A stretch of 64,000 bases of DNA from Eledone cirrhosa (lineage: Eukaryota): positions 14,756,001 to 14,820,000 of the forward strand of contig OZ024758.1 in assembly GCA_964016885.1 (NCBI GenBank). The letters run 5' to 3'. The notes under the pieces were generated by a model. That model ran no database searches, was not told the origin of the DNA, and saw nothing but the letters and a program-made list of their open reading frames with translations. This document shows, one piece after another, positions 27,233-40,521 of the stretch. Numbering within the stretch: position 1 is the first letter of the stretch; each line of letters opens with the position of its first letter. A program made the translations under genes and the position numbers.

Positions 27233-27873
27233 GTCTAATCTAATGATGATGGTCTGTGTTGAAAAATTGTAAATACAAACAGATTATAAAGCGCGTCTTT
27301 TCTCCGAAACATCAGAGCTCTTTTTCCCGGTAACCTATCCCACTTTATGAACTTTAACATACCTTTCAAACCGACCCTCAAGTTTACCTTATTAAACTGT
27401 TCTAATCGCCAGCCCCGTTTTTCTGTGTAGTGCATGTCTCTACACAGTAAAAAAAAATAATAAAAAAATGCTTAACTCATCACAGTAGTGTGTAATGAAT
27501 ATCGTTTGTACTTGGGCCTACTTCTAACAGCCCGCAGAAACCTCAGCAAAAAACGCGAGCCTCTATGCGGTCGTTCGAGATGTAAGAAATAGCAGCAAAA
27601 GAATCTTGCATCGCATCATATACAAACTTGACCTACTGTCCATGAAAAAAACAACAACAACGAGATATTCGATACACTAAGTATAATAAATAAATAAAAT
27701 AAATGCGGTAATATCATGACGGGTGTGTGTGTGTGTGGGGGTGGGGGGTGGGGCTTTAATCAGTGTTTGTCTTGTCAGATCTACATTTGACAGGGTTGAC
27801 CTGGGGCTAAACAATTATATCGTGTCTGCCTACACCTGTACATGACCAACATTCGTCATTAAAATATCTCGTA

Positions 27874-27911
<38 letters not shown>

Positions 27912-30162
27912 TCCACCACCACAAGTTTCAAATGACAGTAGATATAAGATCTGAACGAAGAAAAATAAATAATAATTAAAAGAAAACAAAAACTCAAAAA
28001 GGTTTATAAATTTATATTCCGTCTGAAATTTGCAGGGAAAAATAATATAATACAATTCAAAAAAAGAAAAGGCAAAGAAAACTGGCTTCACAAGTTGAAT
28101 GGTAAAAACGACGTGGGTTGGAGTTGGTTACCTTTCTACATTATAATTACTCCAGTTTGAATAAAAATAGATTTTGTTACGGGTTTTGCGAACAGGATAG
28201 TTATGCAGTGTTTACAAGAAACAAAAATCACTTCACCACGATAATACACACACACACATATATTTATATTTAATTATCAGTTAAGTAAATATACTTATCC
28301 CCACCCACCCTAGGCGTTATAGTTAATCACTAGCTTTTTCTGGATAGTGTGTAGATTGAAATTTGCGACGGTCATGCCTTTCCCAAGGGCATTAGCGTCA
28401 TAGCTGGAGTGAAACAGCCAAAAACGACAATCCAAAACAAACTTAAAGACTTGCTTTGCCGGGACCTCACCGTTATTCAGGTTTCAACTTTATCAAGGTT
28501 TAATCTAGGTGTCAGAAAATCGTCCCTTTCGAGTATATTTTACACTATACTATAATTGAATCAATCTGACCTCCTGTTTTCTAAGACTGATATATCACTT
28601 TACATCCACACAGATCATTATCAAACGTGTAACTAAATAACCCAATGCCAGTACCTTAATTAGAAATTGCCATAAAACAAAAGTATCACTCTATAATTAA
28701 TTAGCTAATGTAAGAGTATTCGTCATGCTAGGTTAATTATTTAATCACAGTATCCTTAAATACGTTTAATTCCACTAAGCTATATAATACACTTCCAACG
28801 TTAAATAACTAAATTATCAAGGTGCCTCGTGTTAGGTGATATGTGAGTAAACAGAGCAGTTAGAAATAGTATTTAGCATCCGTTTATCCAGAATTAGAAT
28901 TCTCACTCAAAAGAAACAATTAAAAAGGTTACTCAAGGTAGCTAAAATAAAACAGATAAATTTAATCTGTAATTAAACAGTAAACTGACAGTTCTTGTAT
29001 CCAGCTTAAATCCTTTCATGTTACGTCGTAACAAGTCTTGTATTTCGCCGCTTAATACACGCACTAACAATCTGCAATGGATAACATAATCCCTGTGGAT
29101 AGATAAGATTCTAAATTCTGGCTCATTCGTCAGACAAAATTCAAGCAAACAGCTACATCGTGTGTGTGTGGTATTGTACATAGTCTAAATTAACAAACAT
29201 AATTATTTTCAGTAATAATACTGCATCATCTATCGAACTCGTGTTTCATATCTCGGTTACTTAGGAGTTGTGTAGCTTCAAGACGAATAATATAAGATTT
29301 AAAAGAAAGCTTAACGTTGATACACAATCACATTGTTATTCAAACTATTTCAATAGGAATATTTTAAGGCGGCTCGCATGCCAATATGACATACCACAGG
29401 TGGCCTGGTAAAAAGTCAAGCAAGGTAAAAACATTGAAAAAGACACGTATAATTAAATAAACTACATAACAGTAATTGTTGTCGAAGGTAGACAGACAAT
29501 AGTCGGCATCTTAAATTATAAGAGTGAACAAACGAAAGTATATATGAAGGCTCGTTAAATAAAGTATTATTCACTTATACACTGATAATAAATTCTAAAT
29601 TAATAATTTATCGATATATAGATCAAATGTAATCAAACGAGTGGAAAATGGGACAAAACAGGACAGAGTGTGTGTGTGTATGTATATATATATTGTGGTT
29701 CGTTTTAATAATGAAATTTAGTTCACGAAATATTTTTTCATTCGGGTTATACGGAGCAGTGACATGAGAAGAGAAAAGAAAGCTTAAGGTAAACGATATG
29801 AAAATTACTGTGATCAAGGAGCGGCCGACATTTATTCAGGTAACTCAGAATTTAGGGTAGTGAGGCACGAAAAAAATATAAAAGGCTCATAATATACTAT
29901 CGAACATGATGTTGGAAGGTGAAGGAAACGTGTTTGTGCTGGGGAGTTGAGAGTTTCTATATACATGCGAACACGATTCGCACCTGGGTCACCTCATAAT
30001 AAACTAATTGCATAAAATACTTGCTCCGAGTTTTGTTTTAGAGATGCTGATGACAAGACAAATTATCTTCTACTTCTTCTATCTATCGAGACGAGGAACA
30101 ATAGACATTTTAAACAAATGTCATGTAAACACGATGTGTAAAATAACAAGAAAACTACTTAC

Positions 30163-30237
30163 CTTGCTTTTAACTTCAATTAAATTATCCATCACTCTGG
30201 TTTTGACCACACGTTTCTGCTGTAGTGGAGATTCCAT
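30163..30237 (-). CDS. Putative first coding exon of an unidentified minus-strand gene
   Basis: ATG-initiated open frame MESPLQQKRVVKTRVMDNLIEVKSK ending at a consensus donor AAG|GTAAGT, phase 0. Lies in unique, CpG-richer sequence. No homolog recognised. Confidence 0.4.
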
Positions 30238-30249
30238 CCAGCAACATTA

Positions 30250-30277
30250 GTGCTCATAGCAACGTTACCAAGGTAGA
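30250..30277. promoter_or_regulatory. Tandem RFX X-box-like motifs
   Basis: GTGCTCATAGCAAC and GTTACCAAGGTAGA both resemble GTTNCCATGGNAAC and lie directly upstream of the putative exon. Confidence 0.4.
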
Positions 30278-31589
30278 AGAAATACAGACGTATATTTTAA
30301 GATTAGGGTTCTCACATCACAGACAAGGCACGGGAATTAGTTTCCGACTGACTCTGGTGGTAAAAGTCAAGATTAAGATATATTGTCTATGTTTCTGTGT
30401 ACCTCCCTCGGGTTAGTACAGCTAAGTCACTCACCGAAAGGGTTGGGGGTAGTACGCGATGCTTTTACTCTTTGTTTTGTTATTATTTTTCTATCGTACT
30501 CACTTTGTCTATATATCTAATATCTTTCTCCTCGTGTTTCTCCCCCACAAACTTTCCTTTCTCTACATGGCTTTCTATCTGCTTCTGATCTTTTTATCGC
30601 TCTTTTTGTCAACCTATGCAACGACGACTTCTACTGCCTCAACACCGCTCACTCTCTCTTTACCGCTCTCTATATGTCTATGTCATGTCTTATTTGCACC
30701 CTCCTCTCTTTCTCGCACTTTCTCTCTCGCTCTGTCTTAATCTATCTATCTCAACCTCTTCTTATATACATATATGATTGTTTCTCTAACTCACTCTTTC
30801 TCTGTCTTTATTTACCTCGCCTCTTACTCTCTTATTCTCTCTATCTTATATATTTTGATCGTCACTTACACCCACTCGCTAATATAAAGTTTATCTCTTC
30901 ATCGTTGCCAGCTCTTATTCTCTCTATATTTATTTCTCATCCAGTATTCTCTCACAATTACAAGCAATGGAAAATATACGACCAGTTCATACACGCAAAT
31001 ATATCTGTTGTGGACATTAAAAATTCTATAATATATATATTTATATATAAGTAAATATTCTTCCATTTTTTAAATAAGTTTCACTTTTTAGAATGCTGGG
31101 GTACCACACTGAAGGGATACAGTCGATCATATTGCACCTAGTACTTAGTTTTTCAAGTCTGGTGCGTATTTTATCGATCTTTTTTGTCGAACCGCTATAA
31201 ATCACACACACCTATATAAATGAAAATATATAAATATGTTTGTGCGTATTTTTATTTATGTAATTTATGCATGAATGTATATCATCATCATATCATCATC
31301 ATGTTACGTCCGCTTTCCATACTGGCATGGGTTGGACGGGTCATTATGTTCCGAGACTAGACTACTCAGGGATTCACGTCTTGACCCTTATGTTTCATAT
31401 TTTCCATAGGTTTCTGACTGGCTGACCTTCCTAACTTCATCTGAAAATTGTATTACAGTTACGAAAAAAAATCAAAATAAGCCTACAAGGTAAAAATTTA
31501 AAACGGTCACTGCGGGCCACTCTGACTGGTCTGGAGGGCCGGATTGTGGCCCACGGACCGCTTGTTGCACGCCCCCTGGTGTAGAACAT

Positions 31590-32625
31590 GTGCAAAAAAA
31601 GTAGCAAAACCGCTTCAGAAGCTAAAAAAAAAAAAAAATAAGCAGAAAATAAACTATAAAAAAAAAAAAAATATGCTGACAGGTCGAGCTCTACAGGACA
31701 AGATGTAAGCCACTGGAGGTTACATTTCAATATGATGCACTAAGTTCTTTTGAACTGGTTGGAAATTTGTCAAGATTTGCTAGAAAGTCTCAAAATTGAG
31801 CCAAATTTCTTGGATAAAGCAATAACAGGAGTTGAATCATGAGACAGAATATCAAAGTAAGGAATGGCACACAAAAAGAATTTTCCTCATCCAAAGAAAA
31901 CACACATGAGCAGATCCAAGATGATTATCAATTTTTTTGACAGCCATGGTATTGATCACAAAGAATTTTTACCTCCACTTACTACAAAGGCTAAGATCTT
32001 TGATACTTACATCCTACCAGTTGTCTTGACTGTGTTAATTGGACGACAAGGTCACTTTAGAAGCTCTACATTCCAGAACCATAATATGAGACTTGTGACT
32101 GGCAAGCGGCTCAGTGACCGTATCTGTATCAGTGAGCTGCTCAACATTACCAAACTTAGACCAATTACATCAATTGTCAAGTCAAGAGTACTCAAACTAT
32201 ACGGCCATATGAAAAGATCAACTCGTGGTATGAGCAGGTTATGCCTGGAAGGAAGGTTGGCTGGTAAGAGAAGCAGAAGCCGGCTGCCAAAATGATGGCT
32301 TGATAATGTCAACTTATGGACTGGACTTGATCATTGCTTTTTAAACTCTGCTGCTGTGGAGAAAAATAGCTCATGTTGATGTGCAATCGGCAACTGGCAG
32401 AGTTTAGTGTCACAAGAGTCTACAAAGATGTCTTGGAATGACTTCGAAAACAGGTGCACCACTTGCTCACACAGCTCTTTGAGTTAGAGAATTTTTGGCA
32501 AAGAAAAACATTCTGAATCTGCCACATCCTCCCTACAGCCCAGATCTAACTCCGTGTGATTTCTAACTCTTCCCTAAGTTGAAATGAAAGTTAAAGGGTA
32601 ATCATTTTGAGACTGGAAAACATAT
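31590..32625 (+). pseudogene. Degraded mariner transposase interrupted by an RTE LINE fragment (~31978-32420)
   Basis: FFDSHGIDHKEFLP, then LPHPPYSPDLTPCDF*LFPKLK. The insert reads SRVLKLYGHMKR...RSRSRLPK, an RTE RT C-terminus. Confidence 0.75.
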
Positions 32626-33221
32626 TTAAAAAATTAGAAGGATGATAGATATGTCATGGGTAAGTGACAAGAGGTGGACGGTAACAAGTTCACTGTTGGG
32701 GTTCAAGTGGTGAGGAGGTGTGAGAAAATATGTCATGGGTGTAAGATAGGTATGGGGTGGGGTTGACAGGGTAATGAGAAGATGGGGAAGGATGGGGTGA
32801 TCCTGCATAGAGAGGAGAATGGGATCATGTCATATTTTTATGCTGGCAGGTGGGTGAATTTTCTCCAGTACTGCAAGTCATCAATCCTCTTGGGCTTTTG
32901 TCATTTCTGTCATGAGATTCAGTCTCCTAAGGTCAGTCTTTACTCCCTGTCTACCTAGGTCCCACCACTGAGATTTCTCTGCATTTCTTTACACTGCTGC
33001 CATCAGTGCTGGATTTATGACAAATGAGGCCCTGTGCTACTTAAGTTATGAGGCTCCAAAAATTTGAAAAATTCATCCTAAAAAAATTTTTTGGCTGGAA
33101 GCTGGGCCCCACTGGCCAACAGAGCCCTGTGTTTAAGCACACCTAAGCATAATGGTAAATCTGGCACTAGCTGTCATCTTTCATATGCATCTCATGTCCA
33201 TTCTATCTCAGTCTTTTCTCA

Positions 33222-33462
33222 TGCACATTACATTGGGCCCTTCATATATAGTTTTTCTCTTGTGCACATTACATTGGACCCTTCATATATAGTTTTTCTC
33301 TTGTGCACATTACATTGGGCCCTTCATATATAGTTTTTCTCTTGTGCACATTACATTGGGCCCTTCATATATAGTTTTTCTCTTGTGCACATTACATTGG
33401 GCCCTTCATATATAGTTTTTCTCTTGTGCACATTACATTGGGCCCTTCATATATAGTTTTTT
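33222..33462. repeat. 40 bp minisatellite
   Basis: Unit tgcacattacattgggcccttcatatatagtttttctcttg-like, ~6 copies. Confidence 0.9.
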
Positions 33463-33912
33463 TCTCAGCTCACTTATGCTGCACTGTTCATGCACACAAA
33501 CCTTACACATCCACTGGCACATACTTGGTTTATTTATTACTACCTTTTGTAAATCTTGTGCCATGTAGCACTGTAGTTCACAAGCAGGCATCTCATACAC
33601 CCTGCCTTTCACTCTGTACAACTTCATTAACTATACCTGATTAACTGGTAACCTATTATGCTGAATGTATTTAGCATACCCAGCTGCCTTCCCAACCTTC
33701 ATATCCTTAACTGCTTTGGCTATTTTTTTTAGGTGGTGGTGGGGAGTTGATTAAATCGACCCCAGTGCGTTACTGGTACTTTATTTTATTGACGCTCGTA
33801 AGGATGAAAGGCAAAGCTAACCACGGTGGGATTTGAATGCAGAACGTAAAGGGACGTAACTATATGCCGCAAAGCATGTTGTCCGACGTTCCACCGCCTT
33901 CGTCCAATTTAT

Positions 33913-34099
33913 ATAATTGTTTCTACTTTAGGCACAAGGCCAGCAATTACCCAGTGCATTACTGGTACTTTATTTTATCGACCCCGTAAGGATGAAAGGC
34001 AAAGTCAACCTCGGCGGGATTTGAACTCAGATCGTAAAGGGACGTAACTATGCTGGAAAGCATGGCGTCCGACCCTCTACCGATACTGCCAATCCACCA
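33913..34099 (-). mobile_element. SINE family A copy (tandem with a copy at ~33733-33900)
   Basis: Reverse-complement match to family A. Confidence 0.85.
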
Positions 34100-34859
34100 A
34101 TTTATATAAAGGTTTCTGATTTAGGTAACACGGCCAACAATTATATCGACCCCAGTGCTTTATTTTATCAATTTCAGGAAAATCAAAGGAGAATTTGACC
34201 TCGCCTGGGTTATAACTCAGAAAGTAAAGTGCCAGATGAAACACCACAGAATATTTCGTCCGACGCCCTAACGATTCTGTTAATCTACCGTCCATTTATA
34301 ACAATCAGCATTGGCAAGATATTTATTTTTAGGGGAACTAACTCTGTATTGCAACCAGCTTTCTATAAACAATTTTTTTTAAAAATCCGCCTATATTGCA
34401 ACTCGTTAATATTCTAATATTTATATATGTAAGGGCACTGCATTGGCAAAAACTTTAGAACCTCGAACAAAATGGCTTGCAAAATTTATTTAAGACCCTT
34501 TACTTTCTGATTCCGAATCATGCGAGTGTTAGCATTGTTTTTCATCTTTCTGGAATCGAGAAAAAAAAAATTGACACAGGAACAGGGGTCGGTCGTAATT
34601 AACTATACTCACCTTCAAAGTTTTAGAATACTTGTTTTGATACTTTATTCAAAATAAAAAGCCTAAAATATTTTTGAAAATTTAGAGAAACATTTAACAA
34701 ACAAAACGGAGTTAGCTCCCTTGTACCGTGTCTGACATTCGATTCTACAATTAAAAACTGCCGGCTTGTTAGTTCTATCTATCCCTCCTTGTGGTTTGCC
34801 CCCATTTCAACCATGATCGAGCAGACCTCTGATCAAATGTATTCCAGCCGCCACCATCC

Positions 34860-34891
<32 letters not shown>

Positions 34892-35835
34892 ATAAAGGAT
34901 GGTGACGGCTAGAATACCTTTGATATATATATATACAGGATGCCTCCAAAATGTATACACACTTCAACAGCATTCTAATAAATATTGCCTGTAGAGGTAA
35001 TCAAAGTATATATACATTTTTTTGGGACACCCTGTATATATTTGTCTCGAATAGGAAGATTTGCGATTCTTAAAAAAAAAATCCAACTTGTAAAATAAAA
35101 TTCCACCAAAATATGTCATGCAGAAAGAAATTTGAACACAACTCATCTCATCCCTTAACTCTTAAATTAAACCAAATTTATACTAAATTGTATCTAATAT
35201 TTCTGGTCACACTTCAGCTCAATCACATAAATGAAAATAAATGTATTGCTATTAAAAAAGATTTCTCCGTCAGACCGTAAAATGTGTGATTCCCCGTAAG
35301 AGATAATCAAAATACAGAAATCCGAAAAAATTAATTAAATAAATAAATAAATAAATAAAGTTACAGGGGTGGAGTGTGTGCTTTGAGAGATATTTGGCTG
35401 TTTTTTCTAGCAGGTTCATACAGCATGATGTATATCGTAAATAGAAACATACTGTCGCGTGTACATCGTTTTGTGAATGTTACTAAAAATTAAAAAAATG
35501 AATTGATCACCTTATATACATTTTCATTATTACAAATCATTACAATTTTCGATCAGCTTTTAAACACACAATACATATTAATCATACTGATCAAAAATAG
35601 TAATGAAGATATATATATATTGAATAATGCATTTTTTAAGTATAGTTTATTTACTTCGAGCAAGTTGTTAGTCGTTATATGTTGGTGTAACTACTATGTT
35701 AATATAGTCTCGCGGTAATAAATGGGGGAAGGTTTTATTTTTTTTTTTTGCGAAATATAAGAGGTAGAATTGAGGAAAGCTTTCTTTTGAAGATTTAAAG
35801 ATAAATAAATGTTAAAATTTGAGGCTAAATCAAGT

Positions 35836-36161
35836 ACTTCCGGTCCGGTATTGTCACCAACTATCTCGTTTACGTTAATAAACGAGATTTAGTGAAGCGA
35901 AGTTTTCCAAACGAGATTTCAATTAAGCCTCTTTTTGGATTAACCTCAACGCAAGTAAGTCTCACGTGGAATTTAGCTGCCCAATTTTAATTGATTTTTA
36001 CCTCTTATAATTATTTTAATTGCCTTTAAATGCTTAGATATTAATTAATATTAAATATATTTATTAATTTAGCTTTTTATAAAGCCATAACTTGTTTAAA
36101 TATTATATAAAATGGTTGGAAAAGAAACCCATGCTTGTTTGTCACCGATGCCGCCATGTTG
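35836..36161 (+). promoter_or_regulatory. RPS5 promoter: ETS/GABP site, TCT initiator, intronic YY1 site
   Basis: ACTTCCGGT at 35836-35844, TCT motif at 35929-35936 and GCCGCCATGTTG at 36150-36161. This is the classic motif set of metazoan ribosomal protein promoters. Confidence 0.65.
35931..35954 (+). other. RPS5: RPS5 non-coding exon 1 (5'TOP/TCT start)
   Basis: CTCTTTTT at 35929-35936 fits the TCT initiator YYC+1TTTYY typical of ribosomal protein genes. It is followed by the donor CAA|GTAAGT (intron starts 35955). Exon 2 has only 9 nt before its ATG, so an upstream exon is needed. Confidence 0.75.
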
Positions 36162-36804
36162 CCTCATTGACTCTTTACCAGAAATCTAAAAAACTATTGA
36201 ACCACTTTAGTTTTAAACGATGGCATAATTTTGTCACATGAGGCCATCGATATTTGATATAACCATTATACCTTAAAATATTTGTACTGATGAAATAAAT
36301 TTGCAATCTTGGGGCCTGCATGGTTTCCAGATTGGAGATTTTAAGTAAACGTTAGCCGTACATGACTCGTGTCGCGGTCATATTAGATTCCCCACAATTA
36401 TATATATTTTTATATATAAATACCTTTTTAATAAATATTACCTGACTTTCTTTCATTTTAAGTATATAGCAATCTCCGATTAATAATCATTATCAAACAA
36501 TTTAATTTGTAATATTGCCATTTACTAATAAATCGTTCTGAATTTACATAATATAACATTCCTATAGGTGCTTTATAAAGTTAATGAACATGTTGCGATT
36601 TCTAGTAAACCATTGGAAAAAGTCTAAAATTGAGTGAAGCTCATAGTTGTTTGTTATAAATTCTATTATCAAGGAACACAGTTGTTTAAAACTTAGCTTC
36701 TGAGAATTTTGAATCAATTATTTAATTAACTCAATGGCTAAATTTCTGATCCAGTATTGGTGCCCTCTTGAAAAACTGTAAAATAATGGAGGAACACGTA
36801 TTAA

Positions 36805-36836
<32 letters not shown>

Positions 36837-39634
36837 CATACACGTGTATGTGTGTGTATAATTTAGATATTATAAAACCACTTGAACACAAGAAATCGGT
36901 TTTCCTAATTTTGTGTGAATGGTTGGGACAGCCGAATAATTAATGAAATAGTCCCTTTCGCAATCGTGTGTCGGGATTGATCAAGGACTCCGGCATTTTT
37001 AATAGCTTTGGGTCGACCCAAACCATGTGAATAAAGTTGGGTAAACTGAAAGTTTAGAATCTCGTCATCGCTTCTCGTGTTGATACAGAAGTGGATCATC
37101 TCTATCTTGGTATGAGTCTAATTACTCTTACCGGGTACCAAATGACTATACTTAAGATAATTCAAAGGGTTGATCGTGTCATAGACCGCATCGATCTTAA
37201 TCTCGAGTACACGTGTTTAAAGAATGCTCAGTCACTTGTGTGTTAATTTCACGTATAGGATTGTTTCATTGATCGAACAACTTGACTCAATCAAAGCCGA
37301 CTGATTTCCAATTCATATATGAATGGTTTCAGACAGTAAACATTTTAAATCAAAGACATGTAGAGTTTAGATATTTTAACATGTATTAAATACATTTTTT
37401 GTGAGAAATATTTCAATTTTGATTATATTTTCGTATTATAATTCTAAAAATATGGAATATAGGTGTTCGTTTATTTTATTTCCCATCAGTATAAGTTACT
37501 AAGTGCTATTCATTTTCGCAATTAAGTTAATTTGAAATATATTCTAAACTTTGTTTAAGAGGTGGATGATACAAATCAACGGTCCTTGAGTTTAGCACTT
37601 AGGATGAACAACAGAATAAATACATTTAGTTGCAGAGTTTTTCAAACATTTTATTCGCCTCCCTTTTCCTATCAAATAAACTTTCTTGATCCCCCCCCTC
37701 CACCCCGTAAAGACAACTGGTACTAATATTATATATAGAAATTAGTTCGCGGTACATTGAGCTGTGCTGGTTTAATGTAGCTCATCCGACTGTTCCCTCA
37801 GTTTTATTATCTTTATTTTAATGAACATTTACAGAGATATCTTTTTCAATGTGCCGATTACGATTATGTTGTTGAAATTTATATATACAAGGTGTCCCCA
37901 AATACACACTTCAACAGTATTCTAATATGTCTCTATATATTTTTTTTTGGGGGGGAGGGACACTGTATATATATAGGCCATTTTCTTTTTGTATAATGAG
38001 TTAGGATGTATAACCCAACTAAACTTAAGTACCTGTACATATGTTACTGTTGTAATTAATTATATATTTTTTATTTAATTACATCGTAATCAACAATATA
38101 ATTATTCGTCTAGTTTCTTGAACCCTTTGGTTATGGAATCTTATTTATGTAATTGAATAGCTCTGTACTATACATAGCACTCTTCCTTTTACCTTTTCTA
38201 CGGAAATACTTAAAATACTTTACACACACATTTACTGAATATTTTGATTTGTGTAGTAGCCTATACGAGGAAATTATTTCTTATTGATAAAGAATATCAA
38301 TCATAGATATTCGGCCATTTTTACACATCTGGTCTTCTAATATGTTATATCGGCAAACTTTCGTTTAAAACACATTTAGGAAGTTATACTGAGGTGACCT
38401 AAACTAGTTATGGCAATGAGTATTTAATTTGAAGTGAAAAAACTGCAGAAGTTGCGCAAAGACGTATCTTGTCTAGTGGCTAGGGTGTTGAATTCAGGAT
38501 AATGAAGTCATGGGTTCGATTTCTGAACCCGGCGGCGCATCATTTCATTGTTTTTCATAACACCCGAGCATCACGGATGGCCAACTAAACTTGCTGCATC
38601 TTGGGCAAACATTTTTACAGAAACCTTGTGAGTGAAATTAGGTAGACGGAAATTGTGCGGAAGCCCGTCGAGGTCCAATTTATGTCGTATGCCGTCTCCC
38701 TGAATTGTAGTAAGAATCACGGTAAGAGTACAGTGTATGGAATACCCCCACAACACGTTAATTCGCGGGTCAGACGTTCAGTTGATTGATCAACAAACTT
38801 ATTGCTGTCCACTGTTGAAACCGACAATGGGTCCTTAATATAGTGCCCTTTTTAAAGGGACATAAATCAGGTGCTCTTGGCCCTTCGATAAAAGCTACCC
38901 TCTAAATTAATGTTTAAATTCATAATACATACGTCATTATAAAAAAAAAACTAATGCTTAATCACGTTTTTATGGTGTGTGTGTGTATGTGTGTATATAC
39001 ACATATATATGGTGTGTGTATATGTGTATATACACATATATGGTGTGTATATGTGTATATACACATATATATGGTGTGTGTGTGTGTGTATATGTGTATA
39101 TACACATATATGGTGTGTGTGTGTGTATATGTGTATATACACATATATGGTGTGTGTGTGTGTATATACACATATATATGGTGTGTGTGTGTGTATATGT
39201 GTATATACACATATATAATACAGAATATAGTGGTGGTTGTTACAACTTTCACTTTAGCTGGACTTAACGAGGGTTTACAAAAGTTCTTTGTGCCGCCCAA
39301 TTCTATCGTGGTTATTCCAATAAACTGTTTTTGTCTAGGTAACGAACCAGGTTATATAATACTTTAAATATATATATTAAAAATCATACACAATAGTATT
39401 ATTCGGTGATCATTTTCAATTTATACGTATTTAAAAGCTGGATAGCAGAGAAAACTTGTTAAACGATGATGGTGTGCCCATAACGAATTACATCAGTAAT
39501 AAATTTATAGTTTAGCACTATTTCACGTTATAGTAGTTGTGGTTAACATTTATTTAGGATTATAATTAATGAAAGGAAACCCATTGAGAGAACCCATGCT
39601 TCACATTTGCTGTATTTATTTTCAGAAACCCATC

Positions 39635-39742
39635 ATGGAGAACTGGGATGCTGAAGTTGTACCGGCACCTGAGCTGCCAGAAATCAAATTGTTTGGAAAA
39701 TGGTCTCCAGACGATGTGCAAGTTAATGATATCAGTTTGACT
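39635..39742 (+). CDS. RPS5: 40S ribosomal protein S5 (uS7), coding exon 1 (exon starts 39626)
   Basis: Acceptor ttttcag ends at 39625 and the ATG is at 39635. Encodes [36 protein letters not shown]. Donor GTAAGT at 39743, phase 0. Confidence 0.97.
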
Positions 39743-40311
39743 GTAAGTGTAATATAACTGATTTAAAAAAAACAAACATTTGTTTTACTAGATTCTTGGT
39801 GTGTTTCAAAGAATTGTATGTTAGTAGAGTTCTGCTGCCAATCACAATAATTGTTTTTATTATTGAATAAGAAATTAAAGTTATTAATTAACATAATATA
39901 GTCATAGTGCTGTTGCATATTTTGTCAAGAATGTCTTGCTAATGTGGTTTCATTAGGCATGAGGAAGTGGAGTCCATTTCCTCTCCATGTTTGAATACAG
40001 CCGGTTTCTTACAGAGGAGGGTACAGTGAGAAAAAGATGTAGTGGAAGAATCGACCCCCCAGGACTTGATTAGTACTTTTTATTGATCTTGAATGGATGA
40101 ACGGCAAAGTTGATCTGCAGGATTTGAATTCAGAGAGCCAAACCAAATACAGCAAAGCATTCTATCCAACTTTCTAATGACTGCTAATTCACTGCCTTTG
40201 TTTTATTTGGTAGAGAGAGTTAAACTGATTTTATACTGTTTTTAAAATTGATATGAATTCCATAATATTTAGAGTATCAATGTAATTTTGTATATTTTCT
40301 TTCTTTTCAAG

Positions 40312-40521
40312 GATTACATTGCAGTAAAAGAAAAATATTCAAAATATTTGCCCCATAGTGCTGGCAGATATCAGTTGAAACGGTTCCGCAAAGCTCAGTG
40401 CCCTATTGTTGAGAGATTGGTGTGTTCACTTATGATGCATGGGCGTAACAATGGCAAGAAGCTAATGACAATGCGTGTTGTGAAACATGCCTTTGAAATT
40501 ATTCATATACTTACAGGAGAT
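40312..40521 (+). CDS. RPS5: 40S ribosomal protein S5, coding exon 2
   Basis: Polypyrimidine tract plus aag acceptor. Encodes [70 protein letters not shown]. Donor GTAAGT, 210 nt, phase 0. Confidence 0.98.
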
